Positions 54,168-64,000 of a DNA stretch of 64,000 nucleotides are shown piece after piece. This DNA is from a virus (lineage: Duplodnaviria; Caudoviricetes). Where the stretch lies: the IMG/VR virus record IMGVR_UViG_3300047551_002158. One strand, 5' to 3'. Position 1 is the stretch's first letter. Every line of letters starts with the position of its first letter. The notes beneath the pieces were generated by a model. It had not been told where the DNA came from. It did no database searches and saw only the letters and a list, made by a program, of their open reading frames with translations. The position numbers and the translations under genes are program-made.

Positions 54168-55906
54168 TGCCCAAGATCAAGTCACATAAAACAGTTGAGC
54201 AAATTGCAAGGAAGCATCGTCTTGATGTTTCTTTCATACAAAAGCAACTTGATATGGGAGAACCTATTGAGCACGAGCATACTCAAGACCACGAACTTGC
54301 AAGAGATATTGCCCTTCAACATCTTGATGAAATTCCAGATTATTATACCCGCTTGAAAAAAATGGAAGCAGATGCTAAAAAGCATCATAAAAAATTTAAA
54401 GATGTGAAAGAAGGCAATTTGCATAAATGGTTTCAAAGTAAATCTAAAGATGGAAAACCAGGTTGGGTAAATGTTGTTACTGGTGGAACTTGTGCAAGTG
54501 ATGAACCAGGAGAAGGAGTTCCCAAATGCGTTTCTTCTGAAAAAAGAGCAAGTATGACCCCAGCAGAAAGACGTGCCGCTGCAAGAAGAAAAAAAGCAGC
54601 AGATCCTGCTCAACAACAAAAAACAGGTGCAGCAAAACCAACTTACGTTCCTACCGACGAACCAAAAAAGAAAATGAAAGAAGAAATGGACTTACAAGAA
54701 GTAAAAGACAAAAAAGGAAAGGGAAGTGGTAAGAAAGACGCCTGTTATCATAAAGTAAAGTCACGTTATGATGTTTGGCCAAGTGCATATGCATCTGGAG
54801 CACTTGTCAAATGCCGTAGAGTTGGCGCTGATAATTGGGGAACTAAATCGGAGGAAACTACGCACGAAGAGGAAAGATATTGCCCATTATGTGATAAAAG
54901 AGAAACAAGATCCCAATGTTCTTATGGAGAAAAAGCCTGGGATAAAGTTTCAGTTAAAGATGAAGAGTATTCAATGGCACGTTCCGAACTCTCCACAATT
55001 GAAGATGCGGTCAAGAGATTAAAAAATAAAGTCGGAAAAGGCGAAGGAAATCTTGAAGCGTGGGTACAATCAAAAATTACCAAAGCAGCGGATTATATCG
55101 ATACTGCAGCAGATTATATTGCGAGTGGAGAAATGGAAGAACAAAAAATTGTTGATAAAATTATGGATGAAATGAAATGCTGGACAGGCTACAAAAAGAA
55201 GGGAACTCAAAAATTATTTGGTAAAAAATATAATCGTTGCGTAAAGAAGGAAGATGTGACAATTGAAGACTTAGATGGCAATACATTTGCTGAAGTGATT
55301 GATATTATCAAACCAGAACCAATAAAAGGTTTTAAATCTCAAGTAACAGAGGCAACTCGTCTTCAAGCACAAACAGGTAATGTAATTGCAGTTACTCTTT
55401 CTTGGAGAGGAAAGTACTATTCTCTAAAAATGTTTTTCCCTCAAGTTAAAACACCATCTCGCAAAGAAATAAACGATGAAATTCAAAAGGTTTATCCAGG
55501 TTCTGTAGTTGTTTATCATTCAGTATCAGAAATTCAACCAGGACAACCACTAATTCAAATGTGTGGTCCTCAGGGAGGAAGCTCTGCAAAACCTGGTCCA
55601 TCAAACAATTATGTAAAGACAATGGGAGAAGAAGTTGAAGTTGATGAAGATTGGCAAAAAGTTAATCGTCAAGATAAAACGGATGGATTAAGTCAAAAAG
55701 CAGTCAATGCTTATCGCAGAGAAAATCCAGGTTCAAATCTTCAAACTGCAGTAACTGAAAAAAATCCATCGGGTAAAAGAGCACAAAGAAGAAAAAATTT
55801 TTGTAGTCGTATGACCGGAATGAAGAAAAGATTAACATCTGCAGAGACTGCAAGAGATCCAGATAGCAGAATTAACAAAGCACTTCGTCGTTGGAACTGT
55901 AACTAA
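54167..55906 (+). CDS. multi-module basic protein (candidate processed internal polyprotein)
   Basis: 579 aa made of short distinct modules separated by Glu-containing linkers. Confidence 0.75.
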   Translation: MPKIKSHKTVEQIARKHRLDVSFIQKQLDMGEPIEHEHTQDHELARDIALQHLDEIPDYYTRLKKMEADAKKHHKKFKDVKEGNLHKWFQSKSKDGKPGWVNVVTGGTCASDEPGEGVPKCVSSEKRASMTPAERRAAARRKKAADPAQQQKTGAAKPTYVPTDEPKKKMKEEMDLQEVKDKKGKGSGKKDACYHKVKSRYDVWPSAYASGALVKCRRVGADNWGTKSEETTHEEERYCPLCDKRETRSQCSYGEKAWDKVSVKDEEYSMARSELSTIEDAVKRLKNKVGKGEGNLEAWVQSKITKAADYIDTAADYIASGEMEEQKIVDKIMDEMKCWTGYKKKGTQKLFGKKYNRCVKKEDVTIEDLDGNTFAEVIDIIKPEPIKGFKSQVTEATRLQAQTGNVIAVTLSWRGKYYSLKMFFPQVKTPSRKEINDEIQKVYPGSVVVYHSVSEIQPGQPLIQMCGPQGGSSAKPGPSNNYVKTMGEEVEVDEDWQKVNRQDKTDGLSQKAVNAYRRENPGSNLQTAVTEKNPSGKRAQRRKNFCSRMTGMKKRLTSAETARDPDSRINKALRRWNCN

Positions 55907-55922
55907 TTAATAGGACTTTATT

Positions 55923-57575
55923 ATGGCAAATAATGATGTATATCTCGGTAATCCGTTACTGAAGAAGGCGAATACTACTCACGAATTTACAGAAGAACAG
56001 GTTCTTGAGATTGCCAAGTGCATGAATGATCCTGTTTATTTTGCAAATAATTATGTAAAAATCGTTACTCTTGATCACGGTTTACAGACATTCAAACCAT
56101 ATCATTTTCAAGAAAAGTTAATTACGAATTTCCATAAACACAGATTTAATATCTGTAAGATGCCTCGTCAGACTGGTAAATCTACTACTGTAGTTGCATT
56201 TCTTTTACATTATGCAGTATTTAATGATAATGTAAATATTGGTATTCTGGCGAACAAGGCAGCAACAGCAAGAGAACTCTTAGATAGGTTGCAAACCGCA
56301 TATGAAAATCTACCAAAGTGGATGCAACAAGGAATTATTTCTTGGAACAAAGGTTCCTTGGAATTGGAAAATGGAAGTAAAATCTTGGCTGCTTCTACTT
56401 CTGCTTCTGCAGTTCGTGGTATGTCATTCAATATCTTATTTTTGGACGAATTTGCGTTCGTTCCAAATCACATTGCAGATTCATTCTTTGCATCAGTATA
56501 TCCAACAATTACTTCAGGTAAGCAAACAAAAGTAATTATCGTTTCTACGCCACACGGTATGAATCATTTCTACCGAATGTGGCACGATGCTGAAAAAGGT
56601 AAGAATGAGTATGTTTATACTGATGTACATTGGTCAGAGGTTCCTGGAAGAGATGAGGAGTGGAAAAAGCAAACAATTGCCAATACTAGCGAATCTCAGT
56701 TCAAAGTTGAGTTTGAATGTGAATTTTTAGGATCCGTTGATACTTTGATTGCACCAAGCAAACTTAGAACCCTCGTTTACGATGCCCCTAAGACCCGTAG
56801 TGCGGGTTTAGATGTATATGAGGACCCAATAGAGAATCATGATTATTTGATCACTGTAGACGTTGCTAGAGGCGTTGGAAACGACTATTCCGCATTTACT
56901 GTTGTAGACATTACTCAGTTTCCACACAAGGTCGTAGGAAAATATAGAAATAATGAAATTAAACCTATGCTTTTTCCAAGCATAATTCATGAAGCAGCAA
57001 CTGCATATAATAATGCATATATTCTTTGTGAGGTAAATGATGTTGGAGATCAAGTAGCAAGCATTCTTCAATATGATCTGGAATACAATAATCTTCTTAT
57101 GTGCTCAATGAGAGGAAGAGCGGGGCAAATTGTGGGTCAGGGATTTAGTGGGAAGAAAACTCAACTTGGAGTTAAGATGTCAAAGACTGTTAAAAAAGTT
57201 GGATGTCTAAACTTAAAGACAATGATTGAGGAAAATAAACTTTTTCTCAATGATTACGAAATTATTAGTGAGCTCACAACATTTATTCAAAAACACAATT
57301 CATTTGAAGCGGAAGAAGGTTGTAATGATGATCTTGCTATGTGCTTGGTCATTTATGCTTGGTTGGTAGCACAAGATTATTTTAAAGAACTCACAGATCA
57401 AGATGTTAGAAAACGTCTTTATGAAGAGCAAAAAAATCAAATAGAACAGGATATGTCTCCCTTCGGATTTATATCTGATGGATTGGATGAAAATAATTTT
57501 GTTGATGCCGATGGAGATAGATGGTTTGTTGATGAATATGGAGATCGTTCTTATATGTGGGATTATCTGTCATAA
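55923..57575 (+). CDS. gp17: terminase large subunit
   Basis: MPRQTGKSTT Walker A, LFLDEFAF Walker B, C-terminal nuclease DVARG...NDDLAM. Confidence 0.97.
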   Translation: MANNDVYLGNPLLKKANTTHEFTEEQVLEIAKCMNDPVYFANNYVKIVTLDHGLQTFKPYHFQEKLITNFHKHRFNICKMPRQTGKSTTVVAFLLHYAVFNDNVNIGILANKAATARELLDRLQTAYENLPKWMQQGIISWNKGSLELENGSKILAASTSASAVRGMSFNILFLDEFAFVPNHIADSFFASVYPTITSGKQTKVIIVSTPHGMNHFYRMWHDAEKGKNEYVYTDVHWSEVPGRDEEWKKQTIANTSESQFKVEFECEFLGSVDTLIAPSKLRTLVYDAPKTRSAGLDVYEDPIENHDYLITVDVARGVGNDYSAFTVVDITQFPHKVVGKYRNNEIKPMLFPSIIHEAATAYNNAYILCEVNDVGDQVASILQYDLEYNNLLMCSMRGRAGQIVGQGFSGKKTQLGVKMSKTVKKVGCLNLKTMIEENKLFLNDYEIISELTTFIQKHNSFEAEEGCNDDLAMCLVIYAWLVAQDYFKELTDQDVRKRLYEEQKNQIEQDMSPFGFISDGLDENNFVDADGDRWFVDEYGDRSYMWDYLS

Positions 57576-57805
57576 TGGACTTAGATAAGCAAATTAAACT
57601 TGGGCATTTATTACTCTCAGATAGAAAATGTAGAATATGCGGCGAGATGAAAAATTTAATAGATGGATTTTATAGAACTCGTAAAGATAGAGGACCTGTA
57701 GCATCTTCTTATTCATATGAATGTAAAGAATGTACCGTAAAAAGAATTGTAAGAAATAGGAAAAAAGTTTTACTTTATAATGAGTGTGAATATCCTGACT
57801 GGTAA
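57557..57805 (+). CDS. small C4 zinc-finger protein
   Basis: CRIC...SYECKEC. Confidence 0.65.
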   Translation: MGLSVIMDLDKQIKLGHLLLSDRKCRICGEMKNLIDGFYRTRKDRGPVASSYSYECKECTVKRIVRNRKKVLLYNECEYPDW

Positions 57806-57891
57806 ATAATTGTTCACGTCCCATTTCCCTTATGTAAAGTATCTTTTTAATAAATAATTTTTAGATAAACTGAGACTTTACGGAGAAAAAC

Positions 57892-60093
57892 ATGGCGACT
57901 CCTCAATTATCTCCAGGCGTACTCGTCAGAGAGGTTGATTTAACGGTAGGAAGAGCTGATAATGTCTTAGATAATATTGGTGCAATTGCTGGACCCTTTC
58001 CAATTGGACCTGTTGACTTTCCAATTGACATCACAACCGAACAGGAACTGATCAATACGTTCGGAAAACCACTTTCAACTGATTCCCAATATGAATATTG
58101 GATGAGTGCTTCATCCTATCTGTCGTATGGCGGAGTTCTTAAAGTTGTTAGAACTGCTGGTTCAACCCTAAACAACGCTAATGCTGGCGTTAATGAAGCT
58201 GCAGAAACTTCTTTGAGAATTGACAATTATGATGATTATACCAACAATCATTCCGATGGCAACAACTTTACATTTGCTGCAAAGAATCCGGGATCTTGGG
58301 CAAATAACTTAAAGGTTTGTGTTATTGACGATTTAGCAGATCAAATCATCGGCATTAACACCACAAATCTTGGTGCAGCTGGTGCTCAGATTGGTTACGG
58401 AATTACGACTACACTAACATCAGTTACTATTCCAGGAGCAGGTACTACAACTCCATTTAGTGGTTATTTGAAGGGAATTATTACCGGAGTTACTACTGAC
58501 TCAACAAATGGAAACAGTAATATTTCTGTAAAAATTACTTCAAGAGTTTCTTCCGCAGGAACCGAAACTCAAATTAACTACGCTGAAGGAACTGCTTTTG
58601 CTGCTTTTAATGCAACACAAACAGTAAACTTTGTTGGAGCGTCTGGAACTTCAATTGGAAGTGCTTTAGTTGCTTCCGTTTTAGATTGGTATGAACAGCA
58701 AACTCTTGGATTAACAAACTCAGTAATCTATTGGAGATCAATTGCCCCAAAACCAATTACTAATAGATACTCATTAGAAAGAAATGGCAAAAATGATGCC
58801 ATTCACGTCGTAGTTGTTGATGATCTTGGAAGTATTACCGGAAACCAAGGAACCATTCTCGAAAAGCACGTAGGTCTTTCCAAGGCACTCGATTCTGTTT
58901 CCGCAGTTAATTCTCCACAAAAAATCTGGTACGAGCAGTATCTTGCAGACTTCTCATCTCAGATTTATGCTGGAGGAAATCCATCAAGTTCTCCCGATTC
59001 TTATTGGGGTACTGCTCCAAGAGCAACTGGATTTACTACCTACTCTGGCAATGCGGCTTCATTTAACCCAATTAGCAATTCGGATGGTCTTTGGGGTCTA
59101 AATGCACAAGATACAACGTTCAGTGCCATTGGAAATAAAACTTATACCCTGACCGGTGGCGTTGATTATTCTGCTTCAGGTGGAATGAAGGCAACCTTGG
59201 GAGACTTGATTACTTCATATGATAAGTTCTCCAACAAAGATGAAATCCAAGTAGATTACTTAATTATGGGACCTGGAATGGATGCTCAGGCAGATTCTCA
59301 GGCGAAAGCACAATATCTTATTTCAATTGCTGAACAGAGAAAGGATTGCGTAACTACAATTGGACCACATAAAGCAGATCTGATTGGTATAACAAATACT
59401 ACCACACAAACGACAAACCTAATTAAATACTTTAGTTCACTTTCATCTTCATCATATGCAGTATTTGACAGTGGATACAAGTATACCTACGATAGATTTA
59501 ATAACAAATTTGTTTACATTCCTTGCAATGCTGACGTTGCAGGTCTAATGTGTCGCACTAATATTATTGCATATCCTTGGTTCTCTCCTGCAGGTCAGCA
59601 GAGAGGTATTCTGAACAATGCAATTAAACTTGCATACAATCCAAATAAGGCGCAAAGAGATCAACTTTATCCACAAAGAGTAAACGCTATCGTTACTCAA
59701 CCTGGAATTGGAACTCTCCTATTTGGAGACAAGACTGGACTTGGATATGCATCCGCGTTTGATAGAATTAACGTTCGTCGTCTGTTCCTGACCATCGAGC
59801 AAGCACTACAAAAAGCCGCTCAAGCTCAACTCTTCGAACTGAACGATGAGTTAACAAGAGCAAACTTTAAAAATATCGTTGAGCCATATCTCCGCGATGT
59901 TCAGGCAAAGAGAGGTCTTTATGGATTCCTTGTTGTTTGCGATACGACAAACAATACTCCTGACGTTATTGATAACAATGAATTCAGAGCGGACATTTAT
60001 CTGAAACCCGCTAAGTCTATTAACTATGTAACTCTTACCTTTGTTGCAACTCGCACGGGCGTAAGTTTTGAAGAAGTTGCTGGTACAGTTTGA
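57892..60093 (+). CDS. gp18: tail sheath protein
   Basis: QLSPGVLVREVDLT; PWFSPAGQQRG; AFDRINVRRLF; IYLKPAKSINYVTLTF. Confidence 0.97.
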   Translation: MATPQLSPGVLVREVDLTVGRADNVLDNIGAIAGPFPIGPVDFPIDITTEQELINTFGKPLSTDSQYEYWMSASSYLSYGGVLKVVRTAGSTLNNANAGVNEAAETSLRIDNYDDYTNNHSDGNNFTFAAKNPGSWANNLKVCVIDDLADQIIGINTTNLGAAGAQIGYGITTTLTSVTIPGAGTTTPFSGYLKGIITGVTTDSTNGNSNISVKITSRVSSAGTETQINYAEGTAFAAFNATQTVNFVGASGTSIGSALVASVLDWYEQQTLGLTNSVIYWRSIAPKPITNRYSLERNGKNDAIHVVVVDDLGSITGNQGTILEKHVGLSKALDSVSAVNSPQKIWYEQYLADFSSQIYAGGNPSSSPDSYWGTAPRATGFTTYSGNAASFNPISNSDGLWGLNAQDTTFSAIGNKTYTLTGGVDYSASGGMKATLGDLITSYDKFSNKDEIQVDYLIMGPGMDAQADSQAKAQYLISIAEQRKDCVTTIGPHKADLIGITNTTTQTTNLIKYFSSLSSSSYAVFDSGYKYTYDRFNNKFVYIPCNADVAGLMCRTNIIAYPWFSPAGQQRGILNNAIKLAYNPNKAQRDQLYPQRVNAIVTQPGIGTLLFGDKTGLGYASAFDRINVRRLFLTIEQALQKAAQAQLFELNDELTRANFKNIVEPYLRDVQAKRGLYGFLVVCDTTNNTPDVIDNNEFRADIYLKPAKSINYVTLTFVATRTGVSFEEVAGTV

Positions 60094-60130
60094 TCATTAT
60101 TCAATAAATAACTTAAGGAGGTAACGAACC

Positions 60131-60715
60131 GTGGCAAGACTCAAAACAATCTCTCAATTTAAAAGTGCCCTAAGGGGTGGTGGTGCTCGTCCCAATCTAT
60201 TTGAAGTTGAACTGACAACATTACCAGCGGGAATTAGTTGGGACGCTGATACTTTCAAATATCTGTGCAAAGCTGCTGCTTTGCCAGCATCAAACGTTGG
60301 AAGTATTGATGTTCCATTTAGAGGAAGAACCTTTAAGGTTGCTGGTGATAGAACAATTGATGCTTGGACAGTCACTATTATCAACGACGAGGACTTCAAA
60401 CTCAGAAAAGCATTTGAAGCTTGGAGTGAACTGATTGCTAAACTTGATAACAACTTGGGTGCAACAAGTCCAAATGCTTATATGAGCAATGCTACTGTTT
60501 ATCAACTTGGAAGAGGTGCTCAGATAAACAGCACCAATAATAGCGGTTCTGATAGTTCTATCTTGGCTGCATATAAATTTGTTGATATTTTCCCAACAAG
60601 TGTTTCAAATATTGATCTATCTTATGATAGCGGAGATACTATCGAAGAATTTACAGTTGAATTCCAAGTTCAATCTTACGAAATTCTTGATCCAACCGCC
60701 GCTGCAAGAGTCTGA
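60131..60715 (+). CDS. gp19: tail tube protein
   Basis: GGARPNLFEV; FRGRTFKVAGDRT; IEEFTVEFQ; GTG start with AGGAGG SD. Confidence 0.95.
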   Translation: MARLKTISQFKSALRGGGARPNLFEVELTTLPAGISWDADTFKYLCKAAALPASNVGSIDVPFRGRTFKVAGDRTIDAWTVTIINDEDFKLRKAFEAWSELIAKLDNNLGATSPNAYMSNATVYQLGRGAQINSTNNSGSDSSILAAYKFVDIFPTSVSNIDLSYDSGDTIEEFTVEFQVQSYEILDPTAAARV

Positions 60716-60750
60716 TAAATAGTCAAAAGGCACAGAGAACAAAATAAATT

Positions 60751-62439
60751 ATGGCAAAATTGTTTGGATTTTCTATTGATGACAATGAACCACTTTCTCC
60801 GGGGGTGGTCTCTCCAGTTCCTCCAAATAACGAGGACTCGACTGACCACTACCTGAGTAGTGGTTTTTTTGGTTCATATGTTGATATTGAAGGTGTCTAC
60901 AGAACAGAATTTGATTTAATCAAAAGATATCGTGAAATGGCACTTCATCCTGAGTGTGATAGTGCCATTGAAGATATTGTTAACGAAGCGATTGTATCGG
61001 ATACAAATGATACGCCAGTAGAAATTGAACTTTCAAATCTCAATGCCAGTGATGGTATTAAAAAGAAGATTAGACAAGAGTTTAGATATATTCTTTCATT
61101 ATTAGATTTCGATAAAAAATCTCACGAAATTTATAGGAATTGGTATGTTGATGGTAGATTATACTACCACAAAATAATCGATCTAAAGAACCCCCACGAA
61201 GGAATTCAAGAACTTCGTTATATCGATCCAATGAAAATGAGATATGTGAGGCAGCAAAAAAAGGATCCAAAAGACAAGTATAGATTATCGAATGTCAATT
61301 CAGATAATCCAATGGATTTTGAGTTTCCTCAAATTGAGGAATATTTTATTTACAGTCCCAAATTAACATATCCTACCGGCAATCCTTCATCTATGGGAGG
61401 GTCTCAGGGTATTAAGATGTCAAAGGACTCTATTACCTATTGCACATCTGGTCTTGTAGATAGAAATAAAGGATCAACACTTTCATATCTCCATAAAGCA
61501 ATTAAGTCTCTCAATCAGTTAAGAATGATTGAGGATTCTTTGGTCATCTATCGTCTCTCTCGTGCTCCAGAAAGAAGAATCTTCTATATTGACGTAGGTA
61601 ATCTTCCAAAAGTTAAGGCGGAACAATATCTCCGCGATGTTATGATGCGTTATCGCAATAAACTTGTATATGATGCAAATACTGGAGAGATTCGTGATGA
61701 TAAAAAATTCATGGCAATGCTTGAGGATTTTTGGCTTCCAAGAAGAGAAGGTGGAAGAGGAACAGAGATTTCCACACTTCCTGGTGGTCAAAATCTTGGC
61801 GAAATTACTGACATTGAGTATTTCAAGAAAAAACTCTATCGTTCGCTGAATGTGCCCCCATCAAGAATGGATGGAGAAGGTGGATTTAATCTTGGACGTT
61901 CATCCGAAATCTTAAGAGATGAAGTCAAGTTCAGTAAGTTTGTTGCTCGTTTGAGAAAGAGATTCTCATATATGTTCCACGATATGTTGAGAACTCAACT
62001 TATTCTCAAAAATATTATTACCCCACAAGATTGGGATATTATGGAAGAGCATATCCAATATGACTTCCTATATGATAATCATTTCGCAGAACTCAAGGAC
62101 GCAGAACTTCTAAACGAAAGACTGAATATGGTTCAGATTGCAGAACCATATGTTGGCAAATACTTCTCACAAGATTATGTGAGACGTAAAATTCTTCGTC
62201 AAACTGATGAAGAAATTATTGAGCAGGACAAACTCATTGAGAAAGAAATTAAAGATGGAATTATTCCTGATCCAAATGCAGCTGTTGATCCAATGACTGG
62301 AATGCCACTTCAACCAGGAATGGACCAAGGAACTTCTGGAATGGATTTGGGACAACCTGTTATGGAACCAGAAATTAATGCTTCCGCCACAGAACCATCA
62401 ACAAAAGCAGTTGAAATGCCCAAGGGTGGTGAGATATAA
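60751..62439 (+). CDS. gp20: portal protein
   Basis: YRLSRAPERRIFYIDVGNLPKVKAEQY; EDFWLPRREGGRGTEI. Confidence 0.97.
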   Translation: MAKLFGFSIDDNEPLSPGVVSPVPPNNEDSTDHYLSSGFFGSYVDIEGVYRTEFDLIKRYREMALHPECDSAIEDIVNEAIVSDTNDTPVEIELSNLNASDGIKKKIRQEFRYILSLLDFDKKSHEIYRNWYVDGRLYYHKIIDLKNPHEGIQELRYIDPMKMRYVRQQKKDPKDKYRLSNVNSDNPMDFEFPQIEEYFIYSPKLTYPTGNPSSMGGSQGIKMSKDSITYCTSGLVDRNKGSTLSYLHKAIKSLNQLRMIEDSLVIYRLSRAPERRIFYIDVGNLPKVKAEQYLRDVMMRYRNKLVYDANTGEIRDDKKFMAMLEDFWLPRREGGRGTEISTLPGGQNLGEITDIEYFKKKLYRSLNVPPSRMDGEGGFNLGRSSEILRDEVKFSKFVARLRKRFSYMFHDMLRTQLILKNIITPQDWDIMEEHIQYDFLYDNHFAELKDAELLNERLNMVQIAEPYVGKYFSQDYVRRKILRQTDEEIIEQDKLIEKEIKDGIIPDPNAAVDPMTGMPLQPGMDQGTSGMDLGQPVMEPEINASATEPSTKAVEMPKGGEI

Positions 62440-62467
62440 ATAGAAGAAATTATTGAAAGGTATTAAA

Positions 62468-62629
62468 ATGGATGATCTTTTGGATATGATCGCTGCTGAT
62501 GAATCTCCATCACAAATCAGCGATAAAATTAAAGAACTACTTTTTGCAAAATCTGCGGAAAAAATTGATGAGTTTCGCCCAGTGGTTGCAAATTCATTGT
62601 TTAACAGAGAAACCGAAGAGGAAGAATGA
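62468..62629 (+). CDS. small acidic protein, possible prohead core component
   Basis: 53-aa ORF read by eye after TATAAATA (62435-62442); sits directly downstream of the portal gene. Confidence 0.6.
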   Translation: MDDLLDMIAADESPSQISDKIKELLFAKSAEKIDEFRPVVANSLFNRETEEEE

Positions 62630-62943
62630 AATCTTTTAAAGAATTCCTTTCAGAATCAGTAAATATTTCTGGAGATTTTAACGGAAATCTCTACATTAAT
62701 TCCCAATCAGAACCAAAACAGGTTGGGGAGGAGTATGTTGCTGATATTATTTGGGAAGGAAATTTTTATAGATTAGAGCTAATTTCAGAACTCGGAATTC
62801 CTTCAAAAAGAGATTTGGGTGAGCAATTGCAAAATCAGTATCCAGGAGCAGTTGTTCATCAAATCTATCCAATTACAGAAAAAAATTGCAATATTAAAAC
62901 CGTAAAAAGATATCACCCATCAAAATTGGAATGGATTGATTAA
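62626..62943 (+). CDS. hypothetical late protein with CTS-like N-terminus
   Basis: 105 aa starting MKSFKEFLSE. Confidence 0.7.
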   Translation: MKSFKEFLSESVNISGDFNGNLYINSQSEPKQVGEEYVADIIWEGNFYRLELISELGIPSKRDLGEQLQNQYPGAVVHQIYPITEKNCNIKTVKRYHPSKLEWID

Positions 62944-62945
62944 TA

Positions 62946-64000
62946 ATGGCTCAGTGGAATATAACTACACAAGATTATTTAAATCAAGAGAGAAGTCTCT
63001 TTGAAGTTAATGGGGTAGCAACAAGAGATGGAAAAATAGTAGACGAATATAATAGATTTCCAGTTAATATAAATTCTGATGCTTTTGGAAGGACAAGAGT
63101 ATCAAATCCCCTAACACTTTTTGATTCTTCACACAGATATCGAGACAATAATCTGTGGACAAGTTTGATCGTAGGTACTGGTTCTACGGTTGGATTTGTT
63201 ACTACTCAAGGATTAATCCATATTGGTATTGGAACTACTGCTGGTTGTTCTGTCATTAGAGAAACTACAAAGACATTCTCATATCAACCAGGAAAGTCAT
63301 TACTGGTAATGAATACCTTTGTTCCAGAAACTCCAAAAGAAAATTTACTTCAAAGAGTTGGGTATTTTGGTGCAGATAATGGAATTTACTTTGAGATTGC
63401 TGGAATTGGAAGTACTTCAGTAAGTTTTGTAGAAAGAAGTTTATCATTAGGAACAGAAACAAGAGTTCCCCAATCCCAATGGAATGGAGACAGATTAGAT
63501 GGAACAGGTCATTCGGGAATTACTTTAGATCCAACCAAAGCACAAATTCTGTGGACTGATATTGAATGGTTAGGACTTGGAACAGTTAGAGTGGGTTTTG
63601 TTATTGATGGAAAGTTTATTCACTGCCATTCTTTTCATCATGCAAATATAATTCAATCAACATATATAACAACTGCATCATTACCAATAAGATATGAGAT
63701 TGCAAATACTGGAGTAACCACAAGTTCAAGTATTCTCAAACAAGTTTGTTCTACAGTTATTTCAGAAGGTGGTTATGAACTTCGTGGATTACAACAAGCA
63801 GTAGGAACCGCAGTTACAAATCCAATTACATTAACAACTGCAGGAACATATTACAACTTAGTATCAATTCGTCTCAAATCTAATCCAGATAGATTAGATG
63901 CAATTGTAATTCTAACTGCTATTTCTCTTATGGGAGGAACAAATAATGCAAATTATAATTGGCAAGTAAGAGCAAGTGGAACCACATCTTTAGGTTCTTG
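62946..64000 (+). CDS. probable virion protein, 3'-truncated by window edge
   Basis: ATG 62946 (MAQWNITTQDYLNQERSLFEV...DAFGRTRVSNPLTLFDSSHRY); absent from the ORF track because it has no stop in the window. Confidence 0.75.
   Translation, partial: MAQWNITTQDYLNQERSLFEVNGVATRDGKIVDEYNRFPVNINSDAFGRTRVSNPLTLFDSSHRYRDNNLWTSLIVGTGSTVGFVTTQGLIHIGIGTTAGCSVIRETTKTFSYQPGKSLLVMNTFVPETPKENLLQRVGYFGADNGIYFEIAGIGSTSVSFVERSLSLGTETRVPQSQWNGDRLDGTGHSGITLDPTKAQILWTDIEWLGLGTVRVGFVIDGKFIHCHSFHHANIIQSTYITTASLPIRYEIANTGVTTSSSILKQVCSTVISEGGYELRGLQQAVGTAVTNPITLTTAGTYYNLVSIRLKSNPDRLDAIVILTAISLMGGTNNANYNWQVRASGTTSLGS

Noticed and set aside
27878-63462. Short minus-strand and alternate-frame ORFs in the structural module
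   Set aside because: All lie inside long, well-recognised + strand genes and have no motifs.

Overview
64 kb of a T4-like cyanobacterial myophage genome (Kyanoviridae-like; the assignment rests on T4-type virion genes plus a plant-type ferredoxin). All credible genes are on the + strand. 1-24.4 kb is an accessory region of densely packed small ORFs. It holds two free-standing homing endonucleases (GIY-YIG/Seg-like and HNH/MobE-like), petF, an SF2 helicase, an MjaI-like restriction endonuclease paired with a beta-class DNA methyltransferase, and a ligase-fold-like protein. It also holds 12 copies of a 31-bp stem-loop/-10 repeat heading gene cassettes (9.4-23.3 kb), and non-coding, repeat-rich segments at 22.3-22.9 and 24.0-24.4 kb. 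26.4-64 kb is the late virion module (gp25, gp6, gp7-like, gp8, VrlC-like, gp13-gp20) with T4-type TATAAATA late promoters. The strongest unexplained signal is a 103-nt leader in front of both endonucleases: late promoter, hairpin, terminator, second late promoter, then an mRNA leader antisense to the hairpin, with compensatory base changes between the two copies. This looks like a small antisense-RNA or RNA-switch control system for the nucleases. All calls were made by eye, without database searches; hypothetical proteins are unassigned.
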